Assembly (NCBI GenBank): GCA_964553245.1
Contig: CAZKJM010000001.1
Coordinates: 209,806-273,805 of the forward strand
Direction: 5' to 3'
Origin: an uncultured Gammaproteobacteria bacterium
GTDB lineage: Bacteria > Patescibacteriota > Microgenomatia > Levybacterales > UBA12049
DNA length: 64,000 bases
Position numbers and translations under genes: made by a program. Of this stretch, positions 28,196 to 37,958 are shown piece after piece. The notes beneath the pieces were generated by a model. The model searched no databases, was not told the DNA's origin, and saw only the letters and a list, made by a program, of their open reading frames with translations. How positions within the stretch are numbered: position 1 is the stretch's first letter; every line of letters begins with the position of its first letter.

Positions 28196-29639
28196 ACTGA
28201 TTTATAATTTGATCAAGTCCCTTTACTAAGGTTTCCACTGCAGTTTCGGGAGAAACTTCATTCAATATTGAATTAACTGCTGTTTCTAAATATTTTGACG
28301 CTTTATCATTTAATCCATTATCGTATGTGCTATCTACAAGAAGCGAAGAATTTGCGGTTTTAGCTTGTTCTACGAAAGGATAAACCTGTTCGTTGGTCTT
28401 TAGAGAATCTGCAAGGTCTATTCTTGCATAAGGCTCCCCAAATTGTCTCGTTTTTGACTGTTCCGTAAATAATTTCTGTGTTGTTTCTTTTTTTGCCAAA
28501 AACTTCATGAATAAAAGTGCTTCTCTATGGTACTTGCTTTTAGAAGAAATTCCTTCAACCCAATAACTTGCCATATTAATGGTTTCTCCCGGAAGCTGTG
28601 GAACAAGATATGTTTTAAAGTTTAAATTTGGATTTAGCGCCTTAATCGTAAAAGCATCCCATGAATACCCAAAGCACATTGCTAAATTTTCTTTAGCAAA
28701 AGCCAGTATTGAATTATCTAAAGTATTATCCCAAACGCTTCCCTCTCCCTTTGCAAAAGCAGTATAAAACTGTAGCGCATCAGCCGCTGCTGTTTTTGTC
28801 GAAGTTATATTGTTAATGTTTACGCCATTTTGCAAAAAGAGTAAAGATATGATATCGGGAGCATGGCTTATATTAGAATAGGATCCCATTGCAGCTCCCG
28901 CAGTTTTAATTTTTCCTGACTCATCTTTTACTGTTAGCCTCCTGGCAAGCGCTGCAAATTCTTCCCAATCGCCCGGCGGATTATTTACACCCAAAGCGCT
29001 TAACAAATCGCTATTTACATATAAAGCAAGTGTATCTATACCCAAAGGAATACCGTAAATTGCTCCGTTTTTAATTAAGTCTTTTTGCAAAACAAAATAA
29101 TAATTTTTCTTAAAATCTTCAGCTGAAATTACGTCACTGGGTAAAGGAAGCAATAGTTTTGAAAACATCGGATACCAGGTATTGTGATATCTAAATATAT
29201 CCGGTCCCGTATTATTGTTAATCCTAGTTGTTAATCTTTCCCTATATTGCTTAATATCTTGCTTTACGTAATCAATTTTTATTGTTGGATTTTCTTTTTC
29301 AAATTCAGAAATAATTGACTGCATTGTCGACTTATCTTCCCAAAGCCCCCAATAAACCAAAGTTACGTTTTCGGTTTTTTTACCGGCAAATAAAGGAATT
29401 ATAAATCTAATAATCAAAAAAACGACTAAAGCCAATACTATTATTCCAACAAAAAATTTTAAAATATTTTTTAGCGAAAAATTTTGTTTTTTTCCTGAGG
29501 AAATATCTACCACGCCTATATCTTGAGGTGCGTATGCTGAGCCTGCAGAATTTTGAACATCGGCTGAAGCCGAAAGTTGATTACTATTAGTTGGTTGATT
29601 TTCCACTGGTTGGTTTTGAAAAATAGTGTTTTCTGCCAT
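28185..29639 (-). CDS. membrane-anchored extracellular solute-binding protein (ABC-type sugar SBP family 1)
   Basis: N-terminal low-complexity tail plus TM; TLVYWGLWEDK...ENPTIKIDYVKQD typical of SBP_bac_1; no permease adjacent. Confidence 0.6.
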   Translation of the reverse strand: MAENTIFQNQPVENQPTNSNQLSASADVQNSAGSAYAPQDIGVVDISSGKKQNFSLKNILKFFVGIIVLALVVFLIIRFIIPLFAGKKTENVTLVYWGLWEDKSTMQSIISEFEKENPTIKIDYVKQDIKQYRERLTTRINNNTGPDIFRYHNTWYPMFSKLLLPLPSDVISAEDFKKNYYFVLQKDLIKNGAIYGIPLGIDTLALYVNSDLLSALGVNNPPGDWEEFAALARRLTVKDESGKIKTAGAAMGSYSNISHAPDIISLLFLQNGVNINNITSTKTAAADALQFYTAFAKGEGSVWDNTLDNSILAFAKENLAMCFGYSWDAFTIKALNPNLNFKTYLVPQLPGETINMASYWVEGISSKSKYHREALLFMKFLAKKETTQKLFTEQSKTRQFGEPYARIDLADSLKTNEQVYPFVEQAKTANSSLLVDSTYDNGLNDKASKYLETAVNSILNEVSPETAVETLVKGLDQIINQYGQ

Positions 29640-31149
29640 AAATATACTTAAATATAGTATAATACCAAATGCGCATTGTTATCAAATGAAAACTTCTTCC
29701 AAGAAAACAAAAAATAAAGTCATTAAAAAATCTAAAGGTAAAAAAAGGGGAAAAATATATTTTTTTAAAATACTATCCTCGTTTTTTTGGTTTTTAACCG
29801 GGGTTGTATTAGCCACTTTTTTTCTAAGCAGTTTTGTTTACGCTTTTTTTAGAATTGCGTACAGAAATGTCGTTTATCCGGGAATAATTATTAATAATAT
29901 TGATTTCGGAGGAAAAACATCAAAGCAGGTAATCGATTATTTTGAAAAAAAGAATAATTTTGCAGATAATACTTTTTTCTCTTTAAAATACGAGGATAAA
30001 GCTGCCACGGTTTCCGCAAAAGAGGTTAATCTTGGCTATGATTCAAAACTATTGGCTATTCAGGCAATGAGTATAGGAAGATCAAAAAATTATTTTTCCG
30101 ATATTAGCATTATCCTCCAAGCCTACACAAACGGCGTTTACCTAAAGCCATCATTTACTTATTCTGAAGAAAAACTGAAAGAAAAAATTGATTCAATAGT
30201 AAAAGATATCGAAAAAAAACCAGTAGATGCTCAATTTAAATTTGAAAATAATCGCGTAACCACTTTTAAGCCATCCGAAGACGGACTTTTAGTAGATATA
30301 CCGGAACTGATTGAACAAATTTTTTCAAAAAGCAAAATTGTGGTTTCCTCAAATAAACAAAAAACAATAATAATAAATATTCCGACAAAAATTGTAAAAC
30401 CTTCTGTAACCACAGATGAAGTAAACGATCTTGGAGTAAAAGAATTAATAGGAACAGGTACTTCTCTTTTTCAACACTCTATTCAAAATAGAATTTATAA
30501 TGTTACACTTGCTTCAACAAGACTAAATGGAATATTAATAAAACCAAACGAGGTCTTTTCTTTTAACAATGCGTTGGGTGATGTCTCATCTTTTACAGGG
30601 TATCAACAAGCATATATTATCCAAAATGGAAGAACCGTTCTTGGTGATGGAGGCGGAGTATGTCAGGTTTCCACAACGCTTTTCAGAGCAGCTTTGGATG
30701 CAGGTTTACCAATCATTGAAAGATGGGCTCATGCATATAGAGTAGGCTATTACGAACAAGATTCAGGACCCGGATTAGACGCAACTGTATATTCACCCAT
30801 AAATGATTTGAAGTTTAAAAACGACACGGGAAAACACATTTTGATGCAAGCAGAAATTGATCCAACAATCTTAAAATTAACCTTCTATTTATATGGAACC
30901 AAAGATGGTAGAATTTCTATTGTTAATAAACCAGTAACACTAAGCCAATCTCCCCCACCTCCACCGCTTTACCAAGACGACCCGAATCTTCCCAAGGGAA
31001 CAATTAAGCAAGTAGATTTTGCTGCTTATGGTGCAAATGTTTATTTTACAAGACAAGTAACAAAAAATGGTAAAATAATTATCTCCGATAAATTTGTCTC
31101 CAATTACAAACCTTGGCAAGAGGTTTATTTAAGAGGAACTAAGGAATAA
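29626..31149 (+). CDS. VanW-family protein
   Basis: Lys-rich N-terminus plus TM; VanW core GDGGGVCQVSTTLFRAAL. True start may be the MKTSSKK at about 29686, since the track start overlaps the divergent gene. Confidence 0.7.
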   Translation: MFSAINILKYSIIPNAHCYQMKTSSKKTKNKVIKKSKGKKRGKIYFFKILSSFFWFLTGVVLATFFLSSFVYAFFRIAYRNVVYPGIIINNIDFGGKTSKQVIDYFEKKNNFADNTFFSLKYEDKAATVSAKEVNLGYDSKLLAIQAMSIGRSKNYFSDISIILQAYTNGVYLKPSFTYSEEKLKEKIDSIVKDIEKKPVDAQFKFENNRVTTFKPSEDGLLVDIPELIEQIFSKSKIVVSSNKQKTIIINIPTKIVKPSVTTDEVNDLGVKELIGTGTSLFQHSIQNRIYNVTLASTRLNGILIKPNEVFSFNNALGDVSSFTGYQQAYIIQNGRTVLGDGGGVCQVSTTLFRAALDAGLPIIERWAHAYRVGYYEQDSGPGLDATVYSPINDLKFKNDTGKHILMQAEIDPTILKLTFYLYGTKDGRISIVNKPVTLSQSPPPPPLYQDDPNLPKGTIKQVDFAAYGANVYFTRQVTKNGKIIISDKFVSNYKPWQEVYLRGTKE

Positions 31150-31156
31150 ATCCGCA

Positions 31157-31633
31157 ATGAATAAAATTCTAAGTATAAAAAAAGCGCTAGACTTTTCCAA
31201 TGAATTTAACTTATTAAATAAAAAAATTGTGATCGTAGGTGGGTGTTTTGATATTGTTCACAAGGGTCATCTTGCTTTTTTAAAAGCTGCAAAAAAAAGA
31301 GGGGATAAGCTATTTATATTGCTAGAGGAAGATGAAAAAGTAAAAAAAATGAAAGGTAAAAATAGACCTATTCATAATCAGAAATCAAGAGCTAAAGTTC
31401 TTTCTCTTGTTAAAAACGTTGACTTTGTTGTTTTATTAAAAAATATGAAAAAAGATGAAGATTATGCTAAACTACTACTTCAAATAAAACCATATGCTGT
31501 TGCGATTACAGATGGAGACAGAAATAAAGATCGAAAAAAAATACAAGCAGAAAGCGCAGGAGCAAAATTAGTTACGGTTATAAGAAGGATGAAAAATATA
31601 TCAACTAGTGAAATATTAAAAAAAGTTATATGA
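31157..31633 (+). CDS. cytidylyltransferase-like nucleotidyltransferase (RfaE-II / TagD / RibL family)
   Basis: VGGCFDIVHKGHLAFL (HxGH) and KMKGKNRPIHNQKSRAKVL motifs; 158 aa. Confidence 0.65.
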   Translation: MNKILSIKKALDFSNEFNLLNKKIVIVGGCFDIVHKGHLAFLKAAKKRGDKLFILLEEDEKVKKMKGKNRPIHNQKSRAKVLSLVKNVDFVVLLKNMKKDEDYAKLLLQIKPYAVAITDGDRNKDRKKIQAESAGAKLVTVIRRMKNISTSEILKKVI

Positions 31634-32106
31634 AAAAAATAATAATTTCTTTTCTAATCCTTTTTATAGTTATACTTTTAATAACACTCAGCGGAAATAT
31701 TTTTGTAAAAAATCCATCATTTTTAAAACCTTCTGCGAGAATAACCATAAATAAACAAGTTTTTAATCTTTTACTTGCAAAAACCGCAAAAGAAAAACAA
31801 GTAGGTCTATCGCAAAAAAAATCCTTACCAAGCGATTACGGGATGGTTTTCGCTTTTGAAAAACAGGGTTATTATTCTTTTTGGATGAAAGATATGAAAT
31901 TTCCAATTGATATTATTTTTATTAAAAATAAAAAAATCGTAACTATTTACGATAGCGCTAAGCCCCCTTCTTCGAAAAACGAAAGCTTAATAATTTATCA
32001 ACCAACCGAAACAGCGGATACTGTCTTAGAAATAAACGCGGGACTTTCAAAAAAATATGGGTTTAAAAGAGGAATGGAAGTAAAATATGAAAATTTTGGG
32101 AGTTGA
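31630..32106 (+). CDS. DUF192-family protein (secreted/membrane-anchored)
   Basis: YGMVFAF...WMKDMKFPIDIIFI matches the DUF192 signature; N-terminal TM. Confidence 0.6.
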   Translation: MKKIIISFLILFIVILLITLSGNIFVKNPSFLKPSARITINKQVFNLLLAKTAKEKQVGLSQKKSLPSDYGMVFAFEKQGYYSFWMKDMKFPIDIIFIKNKKIVTIYDSAKPPSSKNESLIIYQPTETADTVLEINAGLSKKYGFKRGMEVKYENFGS

Positions 32107-33112
32107 AACAAGCTGCGACGAAACCTCGGCATCTGTAATCTTTGCAAAAAAAAATGATAAAAACGTTAAAATTTTATCTAACGTAATATCGTCTTCTTTG
32201 TCTTTACATAGCAAAACAGGAGGAATAATCCCAGAAGTCGCCGCAAGAGAACAGTTAAAATACATCTTACCTGTTATTAAAGAATCATTAGATAAAGCAA
32301 AAACAAAAATTGAGGAAATTAATGCAATAGCTGTAACAATCGGACCAGGATTAGTCGGGTCGCTTTTAGTAGGAATCGAAACGGCAAAAACAATTTCTAT
32401 GCTTTATAAAAAACCGATAATACCCGTCAATCATTTACATGGGCATATGTATGCAAATTTTATTAATAACGATCAAAATACTAATGTTAAATTTCCTGCA
32501 ATTATACTCATTGTATCAGGAGGTCATACTGATTTACTTTTAATGAAAGGGCACGGAAATTTTAAATGGCTTGGCGGAACCAGAGATGACGCAGCAGGAG
32601 AAGCATTTGATAAAATCGGAAGACTATTAAACCTACCCTATCCCGGAGGACCGTCTATAGAAAAAGCCGCTGAAAACGGAAATCCCGAATCCTTTGATTT
32701 ACCCCGCCCGATGATTGGATCAAAAGATTTTGATTTTAGTTTTAGCGGATTAAAAACAGCAGTTTTAAAAGAAACTAAAACAATAAAACAATATAATAAT
32801 AAAATAATCAGTGACTTAGCTGCATCAACTCAAAAAGCAATTATTGAAGTCCTAATTAAAAAAACAATAAAGGCGGCAACAAAATACAATGCTAAATCCA
32901 TTCTTTTATCCGGCGGTGTTGCCGCAAACCAGAGATTGAGAGATGAACTTGAATTATTTGCTATTCGCCATATGCCAAAAGCCAAAATTTTTTTTCCACA
33001 AAAATTTTTGTGTACAGATAATGCTGCAATGATTGCTACAGCCGCTTTTTTTAACCAAAATAAAGTTGAATGGAAAAAAATTACTGTTAATCCCGAGCTA
33101 TATTTCTACTAA
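32087..33112 (+). CDS. tsaD: tRNA N6-adenosine threonylcarbamoyltransferase TsaD (Kae1/Gcp)
   Basis: MKILGVETSCDETSASV, metal-binding HxxxH (NHLHGHMYA), LIVSGGHTDL, SGGVAAN motifs. Confidence 0.9.
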   Translation: MKILGVETSCDETSASVIFAKKNDKNVKILSNVISSSLSLHSKTGGIIPEVAAREQLKYILPVIKESLDKAKTKIEEINAIAVTIGPGLVGSLLVGIETAKTISMLYKKPIIPVNHLHGHMYANFINNDQNTNVKFPAIILIVSGGHTDLLLMKGHGNFKWLGGTRDDAAGEAFDKIGRLLNLPYPGGPSIEKAAENGNPESFDLPRPMIGSKDFDFSFSGLKTAVLKETKTIKQYNNKIISDLAASTQKAIIEVLIKKTIKAATKYNAKSILLSGGVAANQRLRDELELFAIRHMPKAKIFFPQKFLCTDNAAMIATAAFFNQNKVEWKKITVNPELYFY

Positions 33113-33139
33113 GCTAATTACGTGTTAAAATAATACTGT

Positions 33140-34138
33140 ATGTTAGATATTTTAGTGCTTGGATCAATTATTATTTCGGGTTTTATTTTTATATTTATTT
33201 TTATAAATAAGAAGCTTAAAAATCTAAACGAGCCAAAAGAAAATCAAGCTCTTCTTGAATGGCTAAAAACAATGCAATCAACCCTGGATAGATCCTCTAT
33301 AAATATGGTTCAAACGCTTCAAGAAAATACAAAACAGTTAAATGAACGTTTAGACAAAGCAGCTGGAGTAATAAAAGATGTAGGAAAAGAAGTAGGACAG
33401 ATGAGCGAAATCGGAAGAAATATGCGCGAACTTCAAGAATTTTTAAAAAGCCCGAAGCTTAGAGGAAATATCGGCGAACAGGTCCTAAAAGACTTAATTT
33501 CCCAAATGTTTCCTAAAAATAATTTCTTTTTACAATACGAATTTAAATCAGGAGATAAAGTTGACGCAGCAATAAAAACAGATGCAGGAATTTTACCGAT
33601 AGATTCAAAATTTCCAATGGAAAATTTTCAAAAAATGGTAAAATCGGAAACAAAAACAGAAAAAGATGCTTATCTAAAAGAATTTTTACGTGATGTAAAA
33701 AAACACATTGATGCTATTTCTAAAAAATATATATTACCAAGTGAAGGAACAATGGATTTTGCCTTAATGTATGTTCCAAGCGAATCAGTTTATTATGAAT
33801 TAGCTAATCAAGCGGATGTATTAGACTATGCAAGAAAAGGAAGAGTCTACATTGTTTCCCCATCCACTCTTTACGCGCATCTTCAAACAATACTCTTGGC
33901 TTTTGAAGGCAAAAAATTAGAAATAAAATCAAAAGAAGTTTTTGCACTATTAAGAAGCATGCAAATAGATTACGAAAAGGTTAACGATAATATAGGAATT
34001 TTGGGAAAACACATTAACAATGCTTCTTCTCAATTTAACAATGTTACTACTGGATTTATTAACTTGGGACAAAAATTAAGCTCTATGAGAAATATCGAAA
34101 TCGAAGAAACAAGTAAAATTGAACAGAAAAATAATTAA
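33140..34138 (+). CDS. rmuC: DNA recombination protein RmuC
   Basis: N-terminal TM/coiled coil; RGNIGEQVLKDLI...LPIDSKFPMENF RmuC core. Confidence 0.75.
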   Translation: MLDILVLGSIIISGFIFIFIFINKKLKNLNEPKENQALLEWLKTMQSTLDRSSINMVQTLQENTKQLNERLDKAAGVIKDVGKEVGQMSEIGRNMRELQEFLKSPKLRGNIGEQVLKDLISQMFPKNNFFLQYEFKSGDKVDAAIKTDAGILPIDSKFPMENFQKMVKSETKTEKDAYLKEFLRDVKKHIDAISKKYILPSEGTMDFALMYVPSESVYYELANQADVLDYARKGRVYIVSPSTLYAHLQTILLAFEGKKLEIKSKEVFALLRSMQIDYEKVNDNIGILGKHINNASSQFNNVTTGFINLGQKLSSMRNIEIEETSKIEQKNN

Positions 34139-34161
34139 CTCCCCTATGATACAATACCCTC

Positions 34162-37053
34162 ATGAAAGCTGATTTTAAACTTGACAAAAATCAATTAGCT
34201 GCAGTAAATCATGAAAAAGGACCACTTCTAATTATTGCAGGGGCAGGAACAGGAAAAACAACTGTTATAACAGAAAGAATAAAACATTTAATTTTAGAAA
34301 AAAATATACATCCATCGGAAATACTAGCATTAACATTTACAGAAAAGGCTGCGGCAGAAATGGAAGAAAGAATAGATCTGGCAATGCCATATGGATATAG
34401 TCAAATGTGGATTTCCACTTTTCACGCATTTTGCGACAGAATTTTAAAACAGGAAGCAATCCACATAGGACTTAACTCTTCATACAAGCTACTTACCGAA
34501 GCAGAGGAATTAATGCTTTTAAAGCAAAATATTTTTAAATTTAATTTAAATTATTTTAGACCGCATGGAAATCCGAATAAATTCCTAAGCGGGCTATTAA
34601 GCCATTTTAGTAGACTTAAAGACGAAGATGTATCGCCAAAAGAATACCTTAATTGGGTAAAAAAACAAAAGAATGAAGATGAAAAAGAAACTGAAAAAAA
34701 CCTGGAATTGGCAAATGCTTTTAAAACTTATGAGGAAATAAAAATAAAAGAAAATGTAATGAATTTTTCCGATCTAATTAGTAACACTTTACTTCTTTTT
34801 AGAACAAGAAAAAATATCTTAAAACAATATCAAAACCAATTTAAGTTTATTCTTGTAGATGAATTTCAGGACACTAATTTTGCGCAAAATGAACTAGCAA
34901 TACTTCTTTCCGGGGATACAAAAAATATAACCGTTGTAGGAGACGACGATCAATCAATCTATAGATTTAGAGGTAGCTCTGTTTCAAATATTATTCAATT
35001 TAGAAAACAATTTAGGAATGCAAAAATTATTACCCTAATAAATAACTACCGATCGACAGAAGAAATACTTAACAAGTCTTATCAGTTAATACAATTTAAC
35101 AACCCTGATCGTCTGGAAATAAAAGAAAAAGTAAATAAAAAATTATTTTCCGTAAGAAAAATAAAGGGAGAAAAAGTTCAGTTTATTTTTGAATCAAGAT
35201 CAGAAGACGAAGCAGATTCTGTTGCAAGAAAAATAAAACAATTATGTGAAGACGAAAAAAAATATGAATATAAAGACGTTGCTATTCTTGTAAGGGCAAA
35301 TGACCATTCGCAAGTCTTTGTAAGGGCACTTGAGCGGAAAAAAATTCCCTATCAGTTCTTAGGACCCGGAAGACTTTTCCATCAAGAAGAAATAAAAGAT
35401 TTAATTTCTTACCTTAAGGTTTTATATAATTTTGAAGATTCTGTTTCTCTCTACAGAATTTTAAATATGTCTCAATTTAAAATGGAAAGCATAGAAATTG
35501 CGTCACTTTTAAATTATTCAAAACGAAAAAATTATTCACTTTTTGAAACTCTTGAAAAAGTTGAAGAAACTTTTTTAAAGCCCGAAACCAAAGATAAAAT
35601 AAGAAATTTTACCAGAATGGTAAAAAAACATTTATCTCTTATCCCTAAAAATACCGCCGGAGAAATTTTGTATTTTTTCCTGAATGACTCTGGATTGTTA
35701 AAAAAAATTATTGAATATAAAACTGAAAAAGAAGAAAAAAAGGCAAAAAATATTGCCAAATTTTTTGATAAATTAAAAACTTACGAAACAGAACATAGTA
35801 GTGCAACAGTATTTGACGTTGTTGATTGGATTGATTTATCAATGCAAATGGGAGAAAGTCCGCTTGTTGCAGATATTGATTGGTCTCAGAATAATGCTGT
35901 AAATATCTTATCTGTTCACTCAAGTAAAGGACTAGAATTTCCTGTAGTTTTTTTGGTCAATTTAGTTTCTGATAGATTTCCAACAAGAAATAGAAGCGAA
36001 GCCATTCCGATTCCACAAGATTTAATAAAAGAAATTCTTCCATTAGGCGATTATCATACAGAGGAAGAAAGACGACTATTTTATGTTGGGGCAACCAGAG
36101 CAAGGGATGAATTGTTTTTATCGGCTGCTTTATTTTATGGTGAGGGGAAAAGGAAGAAAAAAATATCTCCTTTTGTTTATGAAATGTTGGGACAAGAAAA
36201 TGTTGAAAAAATAATTACAAAAAAATCTGAACCAGCAGGACAACTAACATTACTTGAATGGATCGAGCCGAAAGAAGAATTATTTACCAATAAAACCTCG
36301 TTAAAAACTCCTGTAAAATATTTATCTTATTCTCAAATACAAACATTCGAAATTTGTCCCCTTCATTACAAATTAAGGTACATCCTTAAAATTCCAACTC
36401 CTCCAACATCTGCTCAAAGTTTTGGAACAAGTGTACACGCAGTACTCAGGGATTTTTATCAAAATTGGATAAGAGGCGAAAAAACAAAAATATCGGAAAT
36501 AAAAAAACTTCTGGACAAAAACTGGATTAACGAAGGATATTCAAATAAAACCCATGAAAAAGAAGCTTGGGAAAAAGCAAAAAAAATTATTACTAATTAT
36601 CTGGAAAAAGATTTTGATGCTAAGAATATTCCTTTAGCAACCGAGTATGGATTTAATTTTTTCATAAACGATTTAAAAATTGGTGGAGTAATAGACAGAG
36701 TAAATAATTTAGGAAATGGAAAAATAGAAATACTGGATTACAAAACGGGAAATAACGTTTTAGAAGAAAAAGAATTGATTAATAATTTACAACTTACTAT
36801 TTATGCATTGGCTGCGAGTTTAGTACAGGAAAAGTTTTTAAATAAACCGCCCGACCAAGTTGATTTAAGTTTATGCTTTTTAGAAAAGGGTGAAAAAATA
36901 ACGACAACAAGAACCAAAGAACAGCTTGAGGAAGCTAAAAAACAAATTTTGGAAATTGCCGATAGGATATCAAAAAGCGACTTCTCCTGCAGTAAGTCTA
37001 GTTTATGCTTAAATTGCGAGTATAAAATGCTTTGCAATACATCTAATGGTTAA
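34162..37053 (+). CDS. UvrD/PcrA-family helicase fused to C-terminal Cas4/AddB-like PD-(D/E)xK nuclease with 4-Cys cluster
   Basis: Walker A AGAGTGKTT, helicase motifs (DEFQDTN, VVGDDDQSIY, VHSSKGLEF). C-terminal ILDYKTG, QLTIYALA and C-x5-C-x2-C-x5-C (CSKSSLCLNCEYKMLC) plus upstream CPLHY. Confidence 0.75.
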   Translation: MKADFKLDKNQLAAVNHEKGPLLIIAGAGTGKTTVITERIKHLILEKNIHPSEILALTFTEKAAAEMEERIDLAMPYGYSQMWISTFHAFCDRILKQEAIHIGLNSSYKLLTEAEELMLLKQNIFKFNLNYFRPHGNPNKFLSGLLSHFSRLKDEDVSPKEYLNWVKKQKNEDEKETEKNLELANAFKTYEEIKIKENVMNFSDLISNTLLLFRTRKNILKQYQNQFKFILVDEFQDTNFAQNELAILLSGDTKNITVVGDDDQSIYRFRGSSVSNIIQFRKQFRNAKIITLINNYRSTEEILNKSYQLIQFNNPDRLEIKEKVNKKLFSVRKIKGEKVQFIFESRSEDEADSVARKIKQLCEDEKKYEYKDVAILVRANDHSQVFVRALERKKIPYQFLGPGRLFHQEEIKDLISYLKVLYNFEDSVSLYRILNMSQFKMESIEIASLLNYSKRKNYSLFETLEKVEETFLKPETKDKIRNFTRMVKKHLSLIPKNTAGEILYFFLNDSGLLKKIIEYKTEKEEKKAKNIAKFFDKLKTYETEHSSATVFDVVDWIDLSMQMGESPLVADIDWSQNNAVNILSVHSSKGLEFPVVFLVNLVSDRFPTRNRSEAIPIPQDLIKEILPLGDYHTEEERRLFYVGATRARDELFLSAALFYGEGKRKKKISPFVYEMLGQENVEKIITKKSEPAGQLTLLEWIEPKEELFTNKTSLKTPVKYLSYSQIQTFEICPLHYKLRYILKIPTPPTSAQSFGTSVHAVLRDFYQNWIRGEKTKISEIKKLLDKNWINEGYSNKTHEKEAWEKAKKIITNYLEKDFDAKNIPLATEYGFNFFINDLKIGGVIDRVNNLGNGKIEILDYKTGNNVLEEKELINNLQLTIYALAASLVQEKFLNKPPDQVDLSLCFLEKGEKITTTRTKEQLEEAKKQILEIADRISKSDFSCSKSSLCLNCEYKMLCNTSNG

Positions 37054-37056
37054 TAT

Positions 37057-37085
37057 TAGAAAAAATGCCTCTTTTTTGCTATAAT
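37057..37085 (+). promoter_or_regulatory. promoter for RNase P RNA with extended -10 (TGcTATAAT)
   Basis: TATAAT at 37080-37085 preceded by TG at 37077-37078; 6-8 nt upstream of the P1 helix start. Confidence 0.5.
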
Positions 37086-37090
37086 ACGGT

Positions 37091-37513
37091 CGTTCTGGGA
37101 AGACAAGTTGCTACTCCGGTGTTACATCGGAGAGGAAAGTCCAGACAGGTGTAAAATCAGGGACGGAGCATAAGCTCTGACTAGTAATAGCTGGTGGCTA
37201 AATTTTTTACCTACATATAAGATTTAGCACAAATCTTGAATAGACAAGATTTGAGAGCAACAGAGACGAGTAGGAGTGAAACGGGCAATCCCACCTGCTG
37301 CAACCTTAGAAATGAAGCGTTATCCCGATTAAATCGGGATTGTTACATATTTTACGGAAGCTTCTAAGTTAAGGGCATCCCGATTATATCGGGACTATGT
37401 GACCAATCATCACAATTGAGATAGATTGCAACTAATCCGCAGACAATGTCCAGGATTATCCTGAGCGGAGTCGAAGGATAATACAGAATCTGGCTTATTA
37501 TCTTCCCAGAATT
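37091..37513 (+). ncRNA. rnpB: RNase P RNA (bacterial type), about 420 nt with twin hairpin insertions
   Basis: 5' P4 strand GAGGAAAGTCCAGACAG and 3' P4 strand ACAGAATCTGGCTTA (covarying with the E. coli CCGGG/CCCGG). P1 pairing TTCTGGGAAGA / TCTTCCCAGAA at the two ends. Confidence 0.8.
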
Positions 37514-37528
37514 TTTAAATTTAAAAAA

Positions 37529-37567
37529 AGACCTATTACTGTGTCCAAATACCACAATAATAGGTCT
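37529..37567. terminator. bidirectional intrinsic terminator (10-bp stem AGACCTATTA / TAATAGGTCT) between rnpB (+) and hup (-)
   Basis: Stem flanked by A-run upstream and T-run downstream on the plus strand. Confidence 0.6.
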
Positions 37568-37586
37568 TTATTCTTTGATGTTGTTT

Positions 37587-37859
37587 TTATCTTACTGCTT
37601 TTTTCAAGGTTTTTCCCGGCGTAAACCCAGGAGCCTTTCTTGCAGCAATTGTAATTTTTTCTCCAGTTTTTGGATTTCTTCCCGGTCTTTGGGATCTTTT
37701 TCTGATACTAAATGTTCCGAATCCTGTTATTACAACTTTCTCTCCTCTCTTTAATGAATCTTTAATCCCTGCTATAAATGAACCAACTGCTTCTCTTGCT
37801 GCTTTATTTGTAAGATTTGCTTTTTTTGCGACTAATTCTATAAGGTCTTTTTTTGTCAT
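37587..37859 (-). CDS. hup: DNA-binding protein HU
   Basis: 90 aa; GFGTFSIRKRSQRPGRNPKTGE arm motif; SD GGAGGTGA 6 nt upstream. Confidence 0.9.
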   Translation of the reverse strand: MTKKDLIELVAKKANLTNKAAREAVGSFIAGIKDSLKRGEKVVITGFGTFSIRKRSQRPGRNPKTGEKITIAARKAPGFTPGKTLKKAVR

Positions 37860-37958
37860 TTAAATCACCTCCTCTCCTAATTCTAATTGAACAACTTCAA
37901 TTAGATTAACAATACAATTAAAACAATGTTATGTCAATAGTTTATGCCGATTTAATAA

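Noticed and set aside
37364-37555. 63-aa ORF on minus strand
   Set aside because: Lies entirely within or antisense to the RNase P RNA and its terminator.
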